Shown piece by piece: positions 38,067 to 47,925 of a stretch of 64,000 nt of DNA. The notes beneath the pieces are model-generated. The model saw only the letters and a list, made by a program, of their open reading frames with translations, did no database searches and was not told the DNA's origin. The position numbers and the translations under genes are program-made. The stretch is taken from positions 627,077 to 691,076 of the forward strand of contig CAVTNP010000004.1 in the NCBI GenBank assembly GCA_963736195.1, read 5' to 3'. Within the stretch, counting starts at the first letter, position 1, and each line of letters starts with the position of its first letter. The DNA comes from Ignavibacteriota bacterium (lineage in GTDB: Bacteria; Bacteroidota; Ignavibacteria; Palsa-1295).

Positions 38067-39167
38067 ATGGGAATACAATGTGGAATTGTTGGCTTGCCGA
38101 ATGTCGGGAAATCGACGCTGTTCAATGCTATTACCGCCAGCTCGCAGGCGGCGGCGGAGAATTATCCTTTTTGCACGATCGAGCCGAATACCGGCGTGGT
38201 TCCGGTGCCGGATGAGCGCATCCGCGCGCTGACCGCGCTCGTGAACCCCGCGCGCGAGGTTCCGGCTACGATAGAATTTGTCGATATTGCCGGCCTTGTC
38301 AAGGGAGCCTCGCAGGGCGAAGGACTCGGCAATCAATTTTTGGCGCATATCCGGGATGTCGATGCCATCGCGCATGTCGTCCGCGCGTTTGACGATGAGA
38401 ATGTGATTCACGTCGATGGCTCGGTCAATCCGAAGCGCGATATTGAAGTTATCGAGACCGAGCTTATCCTGAAAGATTTAGAAACGCTCGATAAAAAATC
38501 TGACGCTGCCCAACGTAAATCCAAGACCGGCGATCCGAAAGCTCGCGCTGAATCCGATTTTTATACACGACTTAAAGATCATCTCGAAAAAGGCCGACTC
38601 GCAAAGTACCTTCCACTAAATTCCGATGATGAGCAAACGTGGCTCCGCGAAATGCACTTGCTGACTGCAAAACCAGTGCTCTATGTAGCGAATACCGATG
38701 AGCATGGCGTTACGCATGGCAATCCTTACATCGATACCATCCGTGAAATAGCGGTGAAAGAGAACGCGCGCGTCGTACCCATCTGCGCGAAGATCGAAAT
38801 GGAGCTTGTAGAACTCCCCGAAGCTGAGCGATCCGAATTTCTGCGCGAACTTGGCTTAAGAGAGCCAGGACTAAACGCCCTCGTCCGTGCGGCATACGAT
38901 TTGCTTGGATTACAAACATATTTCACCGTCGGGCCAAAAGAGATTCGCGCCTGGACGGTACGCAAAGGCGCTAAAGCACCGGAAGCAGCAGCCGTTATTC
39001 ACACAGATTTCGAAAAGGGATTTATCCGAGCTGAAGTAATGAAACTAGGCGATTTCCTCAGACTAAGATCCGAAAGCGCTGTCCGCGAAGCCGGACTTTT
39101 ACGAAGCGAAGGCCGCGAATATGTTGTTGACGATGGGGACATCATGCACTTTAGATTCAATGTATGA
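38067..39167 (+). CDS. ychF: Redox-regulated ATPase YchF
   Basis: CGIVGLPNVGKSTLFNA, NYPFCTIEPN, DIAGLVKGASQGEGLGNQFL, C-terminal FRFNV. Confidence 0.97.
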   Translation: MGIQCGIVGLPNVGKSTLFNAITASSQAAAENYPFCTIEPNTGVVPVPDERIRALTALVNPAREVPATIEFVDIAGLVKGASQGEGLGNQFLAHIRDVDAIAHVVRAFDDENVIHVDGSVNPKRDIEVIETELILKDLETLDKKSDAAQRKSKTGDPKARAESDFYTRLKDHLEKGRLAKYLPLNSDDEQTWLREMHLLTAKPVLYVANTDEHGVTHGNPYIDTIREIAVKENARVVPICAKIEMELVELPEAERSEFLRELGLREPGLNALVRAAYDLLGLQTYFTVGPKEIRAWTVRKGAKAPEAAAVIHTDFEKGFIRAEVMKLGDFLRLRSESAVREAGLLRSEGREYVVDDGDIMHFRFNV

Positions 39168-39173
39168 GAACAG

Positions 39174-39420
39174 AACCTGGATTTCGCAGATTTGGGCGGA
39201 TTACGCGGACGATTTTGGGGATTAGCGTTCCCCAACCATACAGAAATTTTATGTGTTTGAATTGATATCTAATGATGAAACGAAGAATTTGCTGTGACAT
39301 TGCTTCCCTTATAAGTCATGGAAGAATTGATTATTTTGGAGCAAATATAGTGGTAAATTCTACGAATCAATCCTAAAATCGTCCGCGTAATCCGATTAAA
39401 TCCGTGTAATCCTGGTTCAA
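39174..39420. repeat. MITE-like unit with ~50-bp inverted arms of nonamer (GGATTACGC-like) repeats
   Basis: GAACCTGGATT..GGATTACGCGGACGATTTTGGGGATT is the reverse complement of AATCCTAAAATCGTCCGCGTAATCC..AATCCTGGTTC. Confidence 0.75.
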
Positions 39421-39423
39421 CCC

Positions 39424-40050
39424 ATGCATCTCGAGGAAGGAGTTCCGAAATATAACGAGACCTATCTCTCCCGTCGAGAGTTGGAATCGCTATTGCGCGA
39501 GCGGGGTATCGATGCCGTTGCGGTGAATAAAGTTCTCGATGCGTATGATATGGCTGAGAGCGTTCATGAATTCCAAAAGCGCCCCGACGATACACCTTAT
39601 TTTTGGCATCCAAGCCGCGTGACTAAGATTATGCTCATCGAGCTTAATCAAACCGATGCGAATATTCTTTGCGCTGCATTGCTCCACGATACTCTCGAAG
39701 ATTCTCATGTGCTGACGCCGGAAATTCTCGAATTAAACTTTGGGTCCTATACTAGTTATCTGGTTCAAAAGCTGACGAAGGACATCAAGGCCGAAGGCGC
39801 GATGAAAGAATGGGTCGAGAGAGAGTACATCGAAAAACTGCTTGCCGCCAGCGAGGATGCGCGAATGCTCAAGCTCGCCGACCGTTTGGATACCTACCGA
39901 TGCCTCGAATTCAATGTAAAGAAAAACCCCATCAAGTACATTATGGAAACGCAGACGCACTACTTCCCTCTTGCCCAGGGATCTCATGACCCGCGAATGA
40001 AATATCTTATCAAAGAGCTTCAAAAAGAGCAGAATAAGTTTTTAGGGTAA
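39424..40050 (+). CDS. HD-domain protein, small alarmone hydrolase/Mesh1-like
   Basis: H..QKR...PYFWHP, AALLHDTLED, V..LTKD and LKLADRLD RelA/SpoT-hydrolase motifs. Confidence 0.85.
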   Translation: MHLEEGVPKYNETYLSRRELESLLRERGIDAVAVNKVLDAYDMAESVHEFQKRPDDTPYFWHPSRVTKIMLIELNQTDANILCAALLHDTLEDSHVLTPEILELNFGSYTSYLVQKLTKDIKAEGAMKEWVEREYIEKLLAASEDARMLKLADRLDTYRCLEFNVKKNPIKYIMETQTHYFPLAQGSHDPRMKYLIKELQKEQNKFLG

Positions 40051-40122
40051 GCCTATATCAGGATTTCGGAAACATTTCCCCCCAATCGTGCTTTTACATG
40101 CCGCGACATCGCCAACCACGCT

Positions 40123-40194
<72 letters not shown>

Positions 40195-40220
40195 CTTTGG
40201 ACAATTATGAAGTATGAATT

Positions 40221-41294
40221 ATGAGGTATGAAGGGATGGGAAAGAATAGTCCCCAAAATCCCATGCATCCCATAAATCCCGGTTCAGACAACATTCTAAT
40301 CGTTCGAACGGATCGTCTGGGGGATGTTGTGCTTACCCTGCCAATGGCGCGCGCGATCAAGAAAGCATTGCCACATCCTCACGTTTCGTTTCTCGCAAGT
40401 GATTATACACGTCCCATTATCGAACGATGTCCGGACGTCGATGCAATCCGCACGGTCAATGAGCAGACAAGCTTTTTAAAACTAATAAGGCAATTTCTGC
40501 AAACCGATATTGCTTTTTTCCCAAGTCCTCGATTTCGACAGGTTTTAGCGGCATTCGTAGCTCGTGTGCCACGGCGTATCGGTACAGGTTACAGATGGTA
40601 CTCATTTCTGTTTTCTAAAAAGATCTATGAACATCGCAAGACTGCGGAGCATCATGAAGCAGAGTATAATCTGCGAATGTTGGCACCGATGGGAATTGAG
40701 GCTGAGCAAAACGAACTACCAACAATCACACTCCAATCGCCTGAGAGAGAAACAGTTGACCAGTGGCTCCATAAGAGCCTCGGCTCCGGCAATGCGAGGT
40801 TCGCAGTGCTACATGTCACAAGCGGAGGATCGACTCAGCCCTGGCCTGTCCATAATTTCGTTGAGTTAGGTCGCGCAATAAACGATCAATATGGATTGGC
40901 CATTGTGCTCACAGGGGTCGATAGGGATGCTCGTGTCATTGAGTCTACGAGAGATTCCATGGGAAGTACCCAGACACTTGTTTTTGTCGGGCAAACACTT
41001 CTGGAATTAGCAGCGCTTTTGGAACGAGCCAATTTAGTCATAACCATCGGAACAGGCCCAGGACATCTTGCAGCGGCGCTTGGAGCGCCTACCATCGGGC
41101 TATTTCCGCTTCCACCGCCGCTCAGCAAGGAGCGCTGGGGCTTTCGAGGCCCAAAAGTTATCAACGTATCGCCAAACCCCATTAGCGGATGTCCCACCTG
41201 CCAGCACTGCACCTGCATGGAACGCATAGACACACAATCCGTAATGAATGCCGTGCAGACGATGTTCGCTCATGAACGTTCATCGGAAATTTAA
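40221..41294 (+). CDS. Glycosyltransferase family 9 (LPS heptosyltransferase-like)
   Basis: ILIVRTDRLGDVVLTLP and TGPGHLAAALGAPTIGLF motifs; start uncertain because the N-terminus derives from repeats. Confidence 0.92.
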   Translation: MRYEGMGKNSPQNPMHPINPGSDNILIVRTDRLGDVVLTLPMARAIKKALPHPHVSFLASDYTRPIIERCPDVDAIRTVNEQTSFLKLIRQFLQTDIAFFPSPRFRQVLAAFVARVPRRIGTGYRWYSFLFSKKIYEHRKTAEHHEAEYNLRMLAPMGIEAEQNELPTITLQSPERETVDQWLHKSLGSGNARFAVLHVTSGGSTQPWPVHNFVELGRAINDQYGLAIVLTGVDRDARVIESTRDSMGSTQTLVFVGQTLLELAALLERANLVITIGTGPGHLAAALGAPTIGLFPLPPPLSKERWGFRGPKVINVSPNPISGCPTCQHCTCMERIDTQSVMNAVQTMFAHERSSEI

Positions 41295-41341
41295 TTCTTT
41301 TTACAGATATTCAACATTTGGCATGTTAAATCGTCTTAGGA

Positions 41342-42196
41342 ATGGCGTTCTATTTTATATCCATGCGGCACACATTAATTATCGCACTTTTTGTCACTGC
41401 GACAGGCATTTTTTGGCCCCGTTCGTATGATGGTACGATCGCGGCACAGACACCCAGCACCGGCAGATCAGATCCATTTACTTTTCGTCATTTGCCAAAT
41501 AATGCTTTCGCAGTCGGTGAGCGGCTTACCTTCGATATTGATTGGGAGGGCGTGACCGGCGGTCAGGCCGTGATGTCCATTCCTGATATTCGTTATGTGA
41601 ACGGCAGAAAGGCAATGGAGACTCGCGTGGAGGCCACTTCTGGCTCGGCGCTCGATCTGTTCTTTCGGGTGAGGGACCGGTACGAAACGTTCATGGATGC
41701 CGATGGGATTTTTCCCTGGCGCTTCGAGCAGCATGTCCGTGAGGGAAGCTATTCCAAAGATTACGATGCCAATTTCGATCCCGAGGCTCAAACCGCCGAG
41801 ACCAGCGATGGCCATGAATTCAAGACCCCGAGCTACGTACACGACATTGTTAGCGCCTTTTACTACGTACGAACGCAGGACCTGACGCACTCGCGCAAAG
41901 GCGATGTCATTCATCTACAGAATTTTTTCAATGGTAAAACGAACCCACTCGATGTTCGCGTGCTCGGACATCAGCAGGTCGAGACGGATGTAGGTACATT
42001 CGAGTGCTCCGTCATCGAACCCATGGTTGTGCAAGGCGGACTCTTCAAGAGCGAGGGCTCGATCAAGATCTGGCTTACGGATGATGACAATCACATGCCG
42101 GTTAAGATGTCATCGAAAATATTGATCGGCGAGATCGAGGCAAAGCTTGTGAAATACGAAGGCGTGCATGGGCCACTGAGTTCGAAAGTGAATTAG
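41342..42196 (+). CDS. DUF3108 domain protein
   Basis: AFAVGERLTF, FRVRDRYET, DIVSAFYYVR, IWLTDDDNHMPVK. Confidence 0.85.
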   Translation: MAFYFISMRHTLIIALFVTATGIFWPRSYDGTIAAQTPSTGRSDPFTFRHLPNNAFAVGERLTFDIDWEGVTGGQAVMSIPDIRYVNGRKAMETRVEATSGSALDLFFRVRDRYETFMDADGIFPWRFEQHVREGSYSKDYDANFDPEAQTAETSDGHEFKTPSYVHDIVSAFYYVRTQDLTHSRKGDVIHLQNFFNGKTNPLDVRVLGHQQVETDVGTFECSVIEPMVVQGGLFKSEGSIKIWLTDDDNHMPVKMSSKILIGEIEAKLVKYEGVHGPLSSKVN

Positions 42197-42203
42197 GGAA
42201 ACA

Positions 42204-42232
42204 CTGGTTAATCCAAAACTGGATTACCAGTT
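42204..42232. terminator. Possible bidirectional terminator hairpin
   Basis: ACTGGTTAATCCA-AAAC-TGGATTACCAGT between convergent genes. Confidence 0.5.
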
Positions 42233-42273
42233 CATGACCGATCGCGCGCCGTTCGCGGGAATAACACAAGAAT

Positions 42274-44115
42274 TCAGTGCATCATAACAAGCTTTGCCCG
42301 TGCTACGCCGGACGCACCATGAAGCTCCACCACATACACGCCAGCCGCGAGATTTGGAAAATAGATGCGCTGCTGTTCCGGCCCACCGAGCAATCTGATC
42401 TTCTCCGTTTGCACCGCCGTTCCTAATAGATCATAGACACATAGATCGGCTTCTTCGGCCTCAGGCCACACGATTGTTGCCACGCTCCACGTTTGTGTGG
42501 GATTTGGAAAAAGAGTGAGCGCCACACCATTCTGTGTCGGAATGTTCTTGACATCAGACCATTGCGAATTGAGATGGACTGGAATTTTATTTGTCCCATA
42601 CATCAGCCACAACGTTCCCTCATATCTGTTGTTGGTATTCTGTAAATCGGAATCTCCTGTGAAACCTGGACGACCGAGTAAAAAATCCTCTAAAGAATCG
42701 GAATTTGCGGTTAAGGTGTCGCCTCCACCAGCAGCGCTCGAAACATTATAAATGTCGATCTTGTCGTCGAGCGCATTGCCGGTTACATAAAAATTGTCCC
42801 ACCAAGTGTCACCGACGTCATTCCGTGCTTCCACAAGCAGGATGTGATTCCCTGTACCGGTCATGTCTCCTGCATCAATGAGATTGAATCCCCAATTATC
42901 TGTTCCGTATCCCAAAGCTGGTGGATGAATGACAAAAGCCGCGCTATCCAGCGTAAGGCGATGGGAACCGAAATCAGCACCGCCGCGAAAAATGAAAATA
43001 CCACCGTTGGTGGAATCGTTAAAGGTGTTAAAAACGGGCAAGAGATCGACCGACCGATCTCCCGGCGCTTTGGGGAGCGCCCTCATCGTAAAGAACGTTT
43101 GATTGGATGTTACACCCAATAAGTTCGGGCTTTGCCATTGAGCAAAGATCGTATCGTTCGAAATTGCCTGTGCAAATTGCTGAATAGAGAACGGCGGATC
43201 GTTCTTATAATAACAGAGATTTGTGTAATCCGCTGCAATCAAATCGTCCCGTCCCACGCCACGAAAATCTGCCTGTGTGCAGGCTCGGAAAGCCGCTGAA
43301 TTTGGGCTCATAGGATACATCAAGGCGGAAGTATCTTCAAAAGCTGTATCCTTGGAATAAAGTCCCCCTCCCCCTTTGAATAAAAGAGCGTATGCTGTAT
43401 CCTGATCGTTGTTGTAATCTGAGTAACACGTCGTCACAATGTCATCGATCGTATCATTCGTAAGGTGTGCAAAGTACGGGCTGATAAGATTCGGCTGAAT
43501 GCCGCCCTCCAAGAAATCCCCACCTCGAAGATTAGCTTTCAGAACGGAAAAGCGCGTACTGTCGTAATTGCCGTCATCGTCGGCCCAGTATATCCGCCAG
43601 TTACCAACGACAAAAATATCGAGATGCGCGCGATCCCGAAAATGACCGAAATGAAAACCGTTATTAAAATCGTTGACTTGCCCTCCGTCCGGGATAAACT
43701 TCTGAACATATTTGACCATGTTATGAAGATTGAATGAAGGACCGGTCAAAACTTGAGTGAACGGATCGAATGCGAACGGGGCAGCATTAAGATCTTCGAT
43801 GAGCATGTTTCCGAAGCCACCGTCTGATTTTGTGCCAAGGTTCTTTACGAATGAGCCGAGTTCCTGTTCGTTTACGCTCCCGTAGATCGTATCCATCTCC
43901 GATGGATCGCCGATCTGCGGGAAATAGCAATTGCTGTCGAGCGAGGGGTTTTTAAACGGCGGGTTGCTTTGGGCGCGTAGCAGAGATGGTGCAGCGAGAA
44001 TGAAGCCCGCCAACGCGAGAAGCTTAATTATGGGAAAAATGGAAATGGCAAAGGTGCTCTTGCTCGCTTCAACGCGGGAATTTTCGGCTCGATTGTATAG
44101 CACACTGCGCTTCAT
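42274..44115 (-). CDS. Secreted protein with FG-GAP-like repeats and T9SS C-terminal domain
   Basis: Signal peptide; ADFRGVGRDDL and AGDMTGTG motifs; LFPNP...NLAAGVY...KLVMMH. Confidence 0.8.
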   Translation of the reverse strand: MKRSVLYNRAENSRVEASKSTFAISIFPIIKLLALAGFILAAPSLLRAQSNPPFKNPSLDSNCYFPQIGDPSEMDTIYGSVNEQELGSFVKNLGTKSDGGFGNMLIEDLNAAPFAFDPFTQVLTGPSFNLHNMVKYVQKFIPDGGQVNDFNNGFHFGHFRDRAHLDIFVVGNWRIYWADDDGNYDSTRFSVLKANLRGGDFLEGGIQPNLISPYFAHLTNDTIDDIVTTCYSDYNNDQDTAYALLFKGGGGLYSKDTAFEDTSALMYPMSPNSAAFRACTQADFRGVGRDDLIAADYTNLCYYKNDPPFSIQQFAQAISNDTIFAQWQSPNLLGVTSNQTFFTMRALPKAPGDRSVDLLPVFNTFNDSTNGGIFIFRGGADFGSHRLTLDSAAFVIHPPALGYGTDNWGFNLIDAGDMTGTGNHILLVEARNDVGDTWWDNFYVTGNALDDKIDIYNVSSAAGGGDTLTANSDSLEDFLLGRPGFTGDSDLQNTNNRYEGTLWLMYGTNKIPVHLNSQWSDVKNIPTQNGVALTLFPNPTQTWSVATIVWPEAEEADLCVYDLLGTAVQTEKIRLLGGPEQQRIYFPNLAAGVYVVELHGASGVARAKLVMMH

Positions 44116-44218
44116 TTTTCCATTACTCGACTATTGGCTCACAACCGGGCTGCATTTAGCACCCCCTACATCTCCAACAAAGCGCCTCTCTGTAAAAAGT
44201 AGTGGGATTTAATTGAAG

Positions 44219-44497
44219 TCACTCCATTGCCTGTTCGAGTGTAGTAGAAAGCGTTTCGAGATCAAGCGCGATCCGATCGATCTCTCGTCGCTCGTTCTCT
44301 TTGGTATGAGCTTCCTGTTCCGCGAAGTTGAGGGCGGCAAGCACTGCCAGGGTTGTTGTAGATTGTGAGGGGAGCTTCGTCTGGAGTTCGCGCAATTGGG
44401 CATCGACATCCATTGCAAGCTGCTGGGTGAGCGCTTCATCATTCGAACGGAGCGGATACTCCGAACCCAGAATTGTAACTTTTACGGTTTGTGCCAT
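44219..44497 (-). CDS. zapA: Cell division protein ZapA
   Basis: VKVTILGSEYPL...LAVLAALNFAE; downstream of pheT. Confidence 0.9.
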   Translation of the reverse strand: MAQTVKVTILGSEYPLRSNDEALTQQLAMDVDAQLRELQTKLPSQSTTTLAVLAALNFAEQEAHTKENERREIDRIALDLETLSTTLEQAME

Positions 44498-44500
44498 AAC

Positions 44501-45127
44501 TTACTTTTGCTCCTCCGCTTGCATTCGTGACTCGATCATGGAAAGTTGATCGATTAGCTCGTCTACCGCTTTCGCAGCATTATCTCGATCCTCCGAGGTT
44601 AATCGCAACACATACTGCGCATCCATCCGTTCACCTTCCATGAGTTGCGTTCTCATTGCATCACGTTCAGAGCTGATCTTATTCAATCGCTCTTCAAGTT
44701 GAATATTTTTTTCCTTCCAATCTGTCAATTCAGCATGCCATGCGATCTCGAGCGCTTGCTGCTCTCGTAATTGAGAAGACCTACTGGCAAGCTCCGATTC
44801 TAAACGAGAAATAGTGTCGATCTGCTCGCTTAAGAGCCGCTCCTGGTCATTGAGCCGGGCGTTCAATTCATTAAATGCTTTTGATCGCTCTTCGCTTTCC
44901 AATGCAACGCTTGTCAGCAGGGATTCTCGCTGCTCGACGTTCTGGCGCTCCTGAGCATACAATGCCTCCAGATCGGCAAGCCGCTGTTCGAGCGTCTGTT
45001 TTTCTTGCCTGAGATGATGAATACGCTCCGTAGCGTCACGCGTGAGGCGCTCCAAACGTGAACTTGCTCTGGCAAGACGTTCGCGGCTAAGGCCTAATAC
45101 TACTTCACGGGATTCGGTTGGTGTCAC
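44501..45127 (-). CDS. Coiled-coil protein (between pheT and zapA)
   Basis: Heptad-rich E/R/L/Q composition; position matches the usual pheT-hypothetical-zapA order. Confidence 0.75.
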   Translation of the reverse strand: MTPTESREVVLGLSRERLARASSRLERLTRDATERIHHLRQEKQTLEQRLADLEALYAQERQNVEQRESLLTSVALESEERSKAFNELNARLNDQERLLSEQIDTISRLESELASRSSQLREQQALEIAWHAELTDWKEKNIQLEERLNKISSERDAMRTQLMEGERMDAQYVLRLTSEDRDNAAKAVDELIDQLSMIESRMQAEEQK

Positions 45128-45180
45128 AATCAGTATCGAGTAATGGGTATCGAGTGGACGGCACCTCTAAACTCCGCACC

Positions 45181-45280
45181 TGGATCCCCGCTTTCGCGGG
45201 AATGACAGAACTGTGCGGTTCCTGGCGCTTCGCGCCATGCTTCCTTCATGTGTAATTCCCGCGTAAGCGGGAATCCAAGA
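45181..45280. repeat. Inverted pair of REP-like palindromes (same family as 1746-1842)
   Basis: TGGATCCCCGCTTTCGCGGGAATGACA and TGTAATTCCCGCGTAAGCGGGAATCCA. Confidence 0.8.
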
Positions 45281-45366
45281 GTTATTAGAGCTGCCCAAGA
45301 GCGAGAAGAGTCAGAATAGTAGCATATCATAAATATCCACTCGTTACTCCCTGACTCATTACTCAA

Positions 45367-47793
45367 TTAAACACGAAGTCTCGCGTGAAGTTCTCCCTCT
45401 AATCGCTTAATTATCAGATTGATAAGAGCATCTACCTCATGTTCCTCCAAGGTGCGATCATCCGCCCTGAAGATCAGGTGTAACGCAAGGCTTCGTTCCT
45501 GCGCCAATTTCATATCTTTCGATTGAAATTGATCGAATAACGATACGTCCCTTAAGATCTCTTTCGGTGCTACTGAGCGAATCTCCTCCATTATTTTTCT
45601 CACCTGGATGCCATCAGCAACGACGATCGCTAAATCGCGCTCGACCGATGGGTATTTCGGCAATGGAAGAACCGGCTTCGGATGCTCAAGTATTGTTCTG
45701 GTTAACTCGTAGAGTGCACCATAATCGAAAAGTGCGATCCACGCATCATTCCGGAGATCGTACGAATTGGAAATTACTGCCGCCAGTCGCCCGAGCCGGC
45801 ATAGAGTCTTCCCTTTCGATGTGATCGTTAGCGATTCCGCCGATTCAAATATGTGCTCACTCGACTCTGAATATTCCCACTCCTGAATTCCAAGACGGGC
45901 CAGCAATGCCTCCGTGATGCCTTTTAAAAGAAAAATATCGGACTTAATTGCTTCCGCGTTGTAGGCTGTTTTTGGCTCCTGGATTCCTGAGATTAGGATA
46001 CCAAGCTCCTGACGCTCAGAGATATGCCCAAGTTGCTGTTGCGAATCGGAATAGTGAAAGATATTACCGATCTCGAAAATGCGCTGTCCGCTTGAACCGA
46101 ACCGCTCACTAACCCGTGCTGCTTCCAGCAAATTGATCGCAACACTTGTGCGCATCCGATCTCGCTCGATATTCAGTGGGTTAATAAGTTCAACAGGCTG
46201 CGCTTGAAATTGAAGTGCATTCTTCTCACTGACTAATGGTACCGAAATACACTCGTTTGCTCCCAATGAAAGAAGCGTTGATCGTACTCGCGAATCGAAA
46301 TCGCCCAACTTCAGCGGATTCCGAGCACCGGTAAGCGGGGTTCGCTCGAAAGTGCCTATGGGTATCTCGTCATACCCATAAAGGCGCGCAACCTCCTCTA
46401 TCGCGTCCTCTTCTCGGTTAATATCAACACGAAACGACGGAGAAGTTAGAAGCCAATCCTCAGAGTCGGAATGTTGGACGCCTATGTTAAGTCGCGCGAA
46501 AATCTCCAGCATTAACTCGCGCGAAATCGATGTGCCGAGCAGGCTATTTGCCCGCTTAGGCCTGAATCGTAACTGCTTATTTATTAATGGGATAGGAGTT
46601 TCATCTATTCTTCCCCTGACGATCTCGCCACCAGCCAACTCGACGATCATTTTCGCAGCGCGCTCCGCTGCATACTCCAGAATATTGAAATCGGCGCCAC
46701 GCTCAAAGCGGTAGGATGCGTCCGAAGAAAGGCCCAATTGCTTGGCTGTTCTGCGAATGGAGGTTGGATTGAAATACGCCGATTCTATCAGCACGTCCCG
46801 AGTGGTATCTCGAATCTCCGAGTTCTCGCCACCCATGATTCCAGCAATACCCAGCGGCTTAATACCATCTGTTATCAGGAGTGCATCAGGCGGCATCTTG
46901 CGACTCTTACTATCGAGCGTGACATATTCCTCAACAAATCCACCCGCTGTTCTTACCTCAATTTTACCATTTTCAACACTTGCGAAATCGAAAGCATGAA
47001 GAGGATGCCCGCATTCCATCAGCACAAGATTCGTGACATCGACTACATTGTTAATGGGGCGCAATCCCACGGCTTCTAATCTTTGCTTCAGCCATTGCGG
47101 GGATGGTGCAACCGTAACACCCTTCACCAATTTTGCCACGTATCGCGGACATAGATCGGGTTGTGGAAGCGAGACTCTTACCTGCTCGGATATTGCACCA
47201 CCCTTCGTATCAATTTTCACTTCCGGCCAGCGTATAGATTCTCCGGTTATAGCATGAATCTCTCTCGCAATCCCGATATGGCTTAAGCAATCTGGGCGGT
47301 TGGGTGTTACTCCGATCTCGAAGATGACATCTCGCATTCCGAGTGCATCCGCGAGTTGTAAGCCAACTTTGGCGTCGGCTGGCAATTCCCAGATTCCATC
47401 ATGGTATTGAGAAACGCCAAGCTCACGCTCCGAGCAGATCATCCCTTCGCTAGCCTCACCTCGGATTTTCGCTTTCTTGATCACCATCCCTGCTCCAAGA
47501 TCGGCTCCAATGGTTGCAGCTGCAACCTTCAGCCCAGCACGCACATTAGGCGCACCACAAACGATCTTTAGCGGCTCCCCTCCGCCTATCGTGACGAGTG
47601 TAAGCCGGAGTTTGTCCGCATTTGGGTGCGGAGTTACTTCCAGCACTTCACCGACCACAACCTTGTCCCAGCGTTCTCCGACACGCTCGATGGACTCGAC
47701 TTCTATGCCGAGCATCGTCAGCCGGTGATCTAATTCTTCCGGGGTAAAAGGGACCGAGATATACTCGGCCAGCCAATTCAAAGAGATACGCAT
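45367..47793 (-). CDS. pheT: Phenylalanine--tRNA ligase beta subunit
   Basis: MRISLNWL, HPNADKL, IVCGAPN, TPNRPDCLS, INNVVD, SYRFERG. Confidence 0.97.
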   Translation of the reverse strand: MRISLNWLAEYISVPFTPEELDHRLTMLGIEVESIERVGERWDKVVVGEVLEVTPHPNADKLRLTLVTIGGGEPLKIVCGAPNVRAGLKVAAATIGADLGAGMVIKKAKIRGEASEGMICSERELGVSQYHDGIWELPADAKVGLQLADALGMRDVIFEIGVTPNRPDCLSHIGIAREIHAITGESIRWPEVKIDTKGGAISEQVRVSLPQPDLCPRYVAKLVKGVTVAPSPQWLKQRLEAVGLRPINNVVDVTNLVLMECGHPLHAFDFASVENGKIEVRTAGGFVEEYVTLDSKSRKMPPDALLITDGIKPLGIAGIMGGENSEIRDTTRDVLIESAYFNPTSIRRTAKQLGLSSDASYRFERGADFNILEYAAERAAKMIVELAGGEIVRGRIDETPIPLINKQLRFRPKRANSLLGTSISRELMLEIFARLNIGVQHSDSEDWLLTSPSFRVDINREEDAIEEVARLYGYDEIPIGTFERTPLTGARNPLKLGDFDSRVRSTLLSLGANECISVPLVSEKNALQFQAQPVELINPLNIERDRMRTSVAINLLEAARVSERFGSSGQRIFEIGNIFHYSDSQQQLGHISERQELGILISGIQEPKTAYNAEAIKSDIFLLKGITEALLARLGIQEWEYSESSEHIFESAESLTITSKGKTLCRLGRLAAVISNSYDLRNDAWIALFDYGALYELTRTILEHPKPVLPLPKYPSVERDLAIVVADGIQVRKIMEEIRSVAPKEILRDVSLFDQFQSKDMKLAQERSLALHLIFRADDRTLEEHEVDALINLIIKRLEGELHARLRV

Positions 47794-47925
47794 CCTTCAA
47801 AAATACGAAAATTATAGGCTTCCCAAGCTCACTTCGCGATTGAGAACGGAAAAGGGAACGTTCGACCTTCTAAATAACCTAATAAAAAGCCCATCATTAT
47901 TTGAACTTTCAGAAACCCCAAAAGC

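Noticed and set aside
37341-38411. ORFs 37341-37853, 37819-38232 and 37911-38411
   Set aside because: Derived from REP arms or antisense/alternate frames of the propeller gene and ychF.
40195-40235. tRNA-Gly as an integration site
   Set aside because: No duplicated tRNA 3' end or integrase seen in the window; only TATGA(A/G) heptamer repeats follow.
44116-44218. 6S RNA expected downstream of zapA
   Set aside because: The gap is only ~100 bp and shows no long irregular hairpin.
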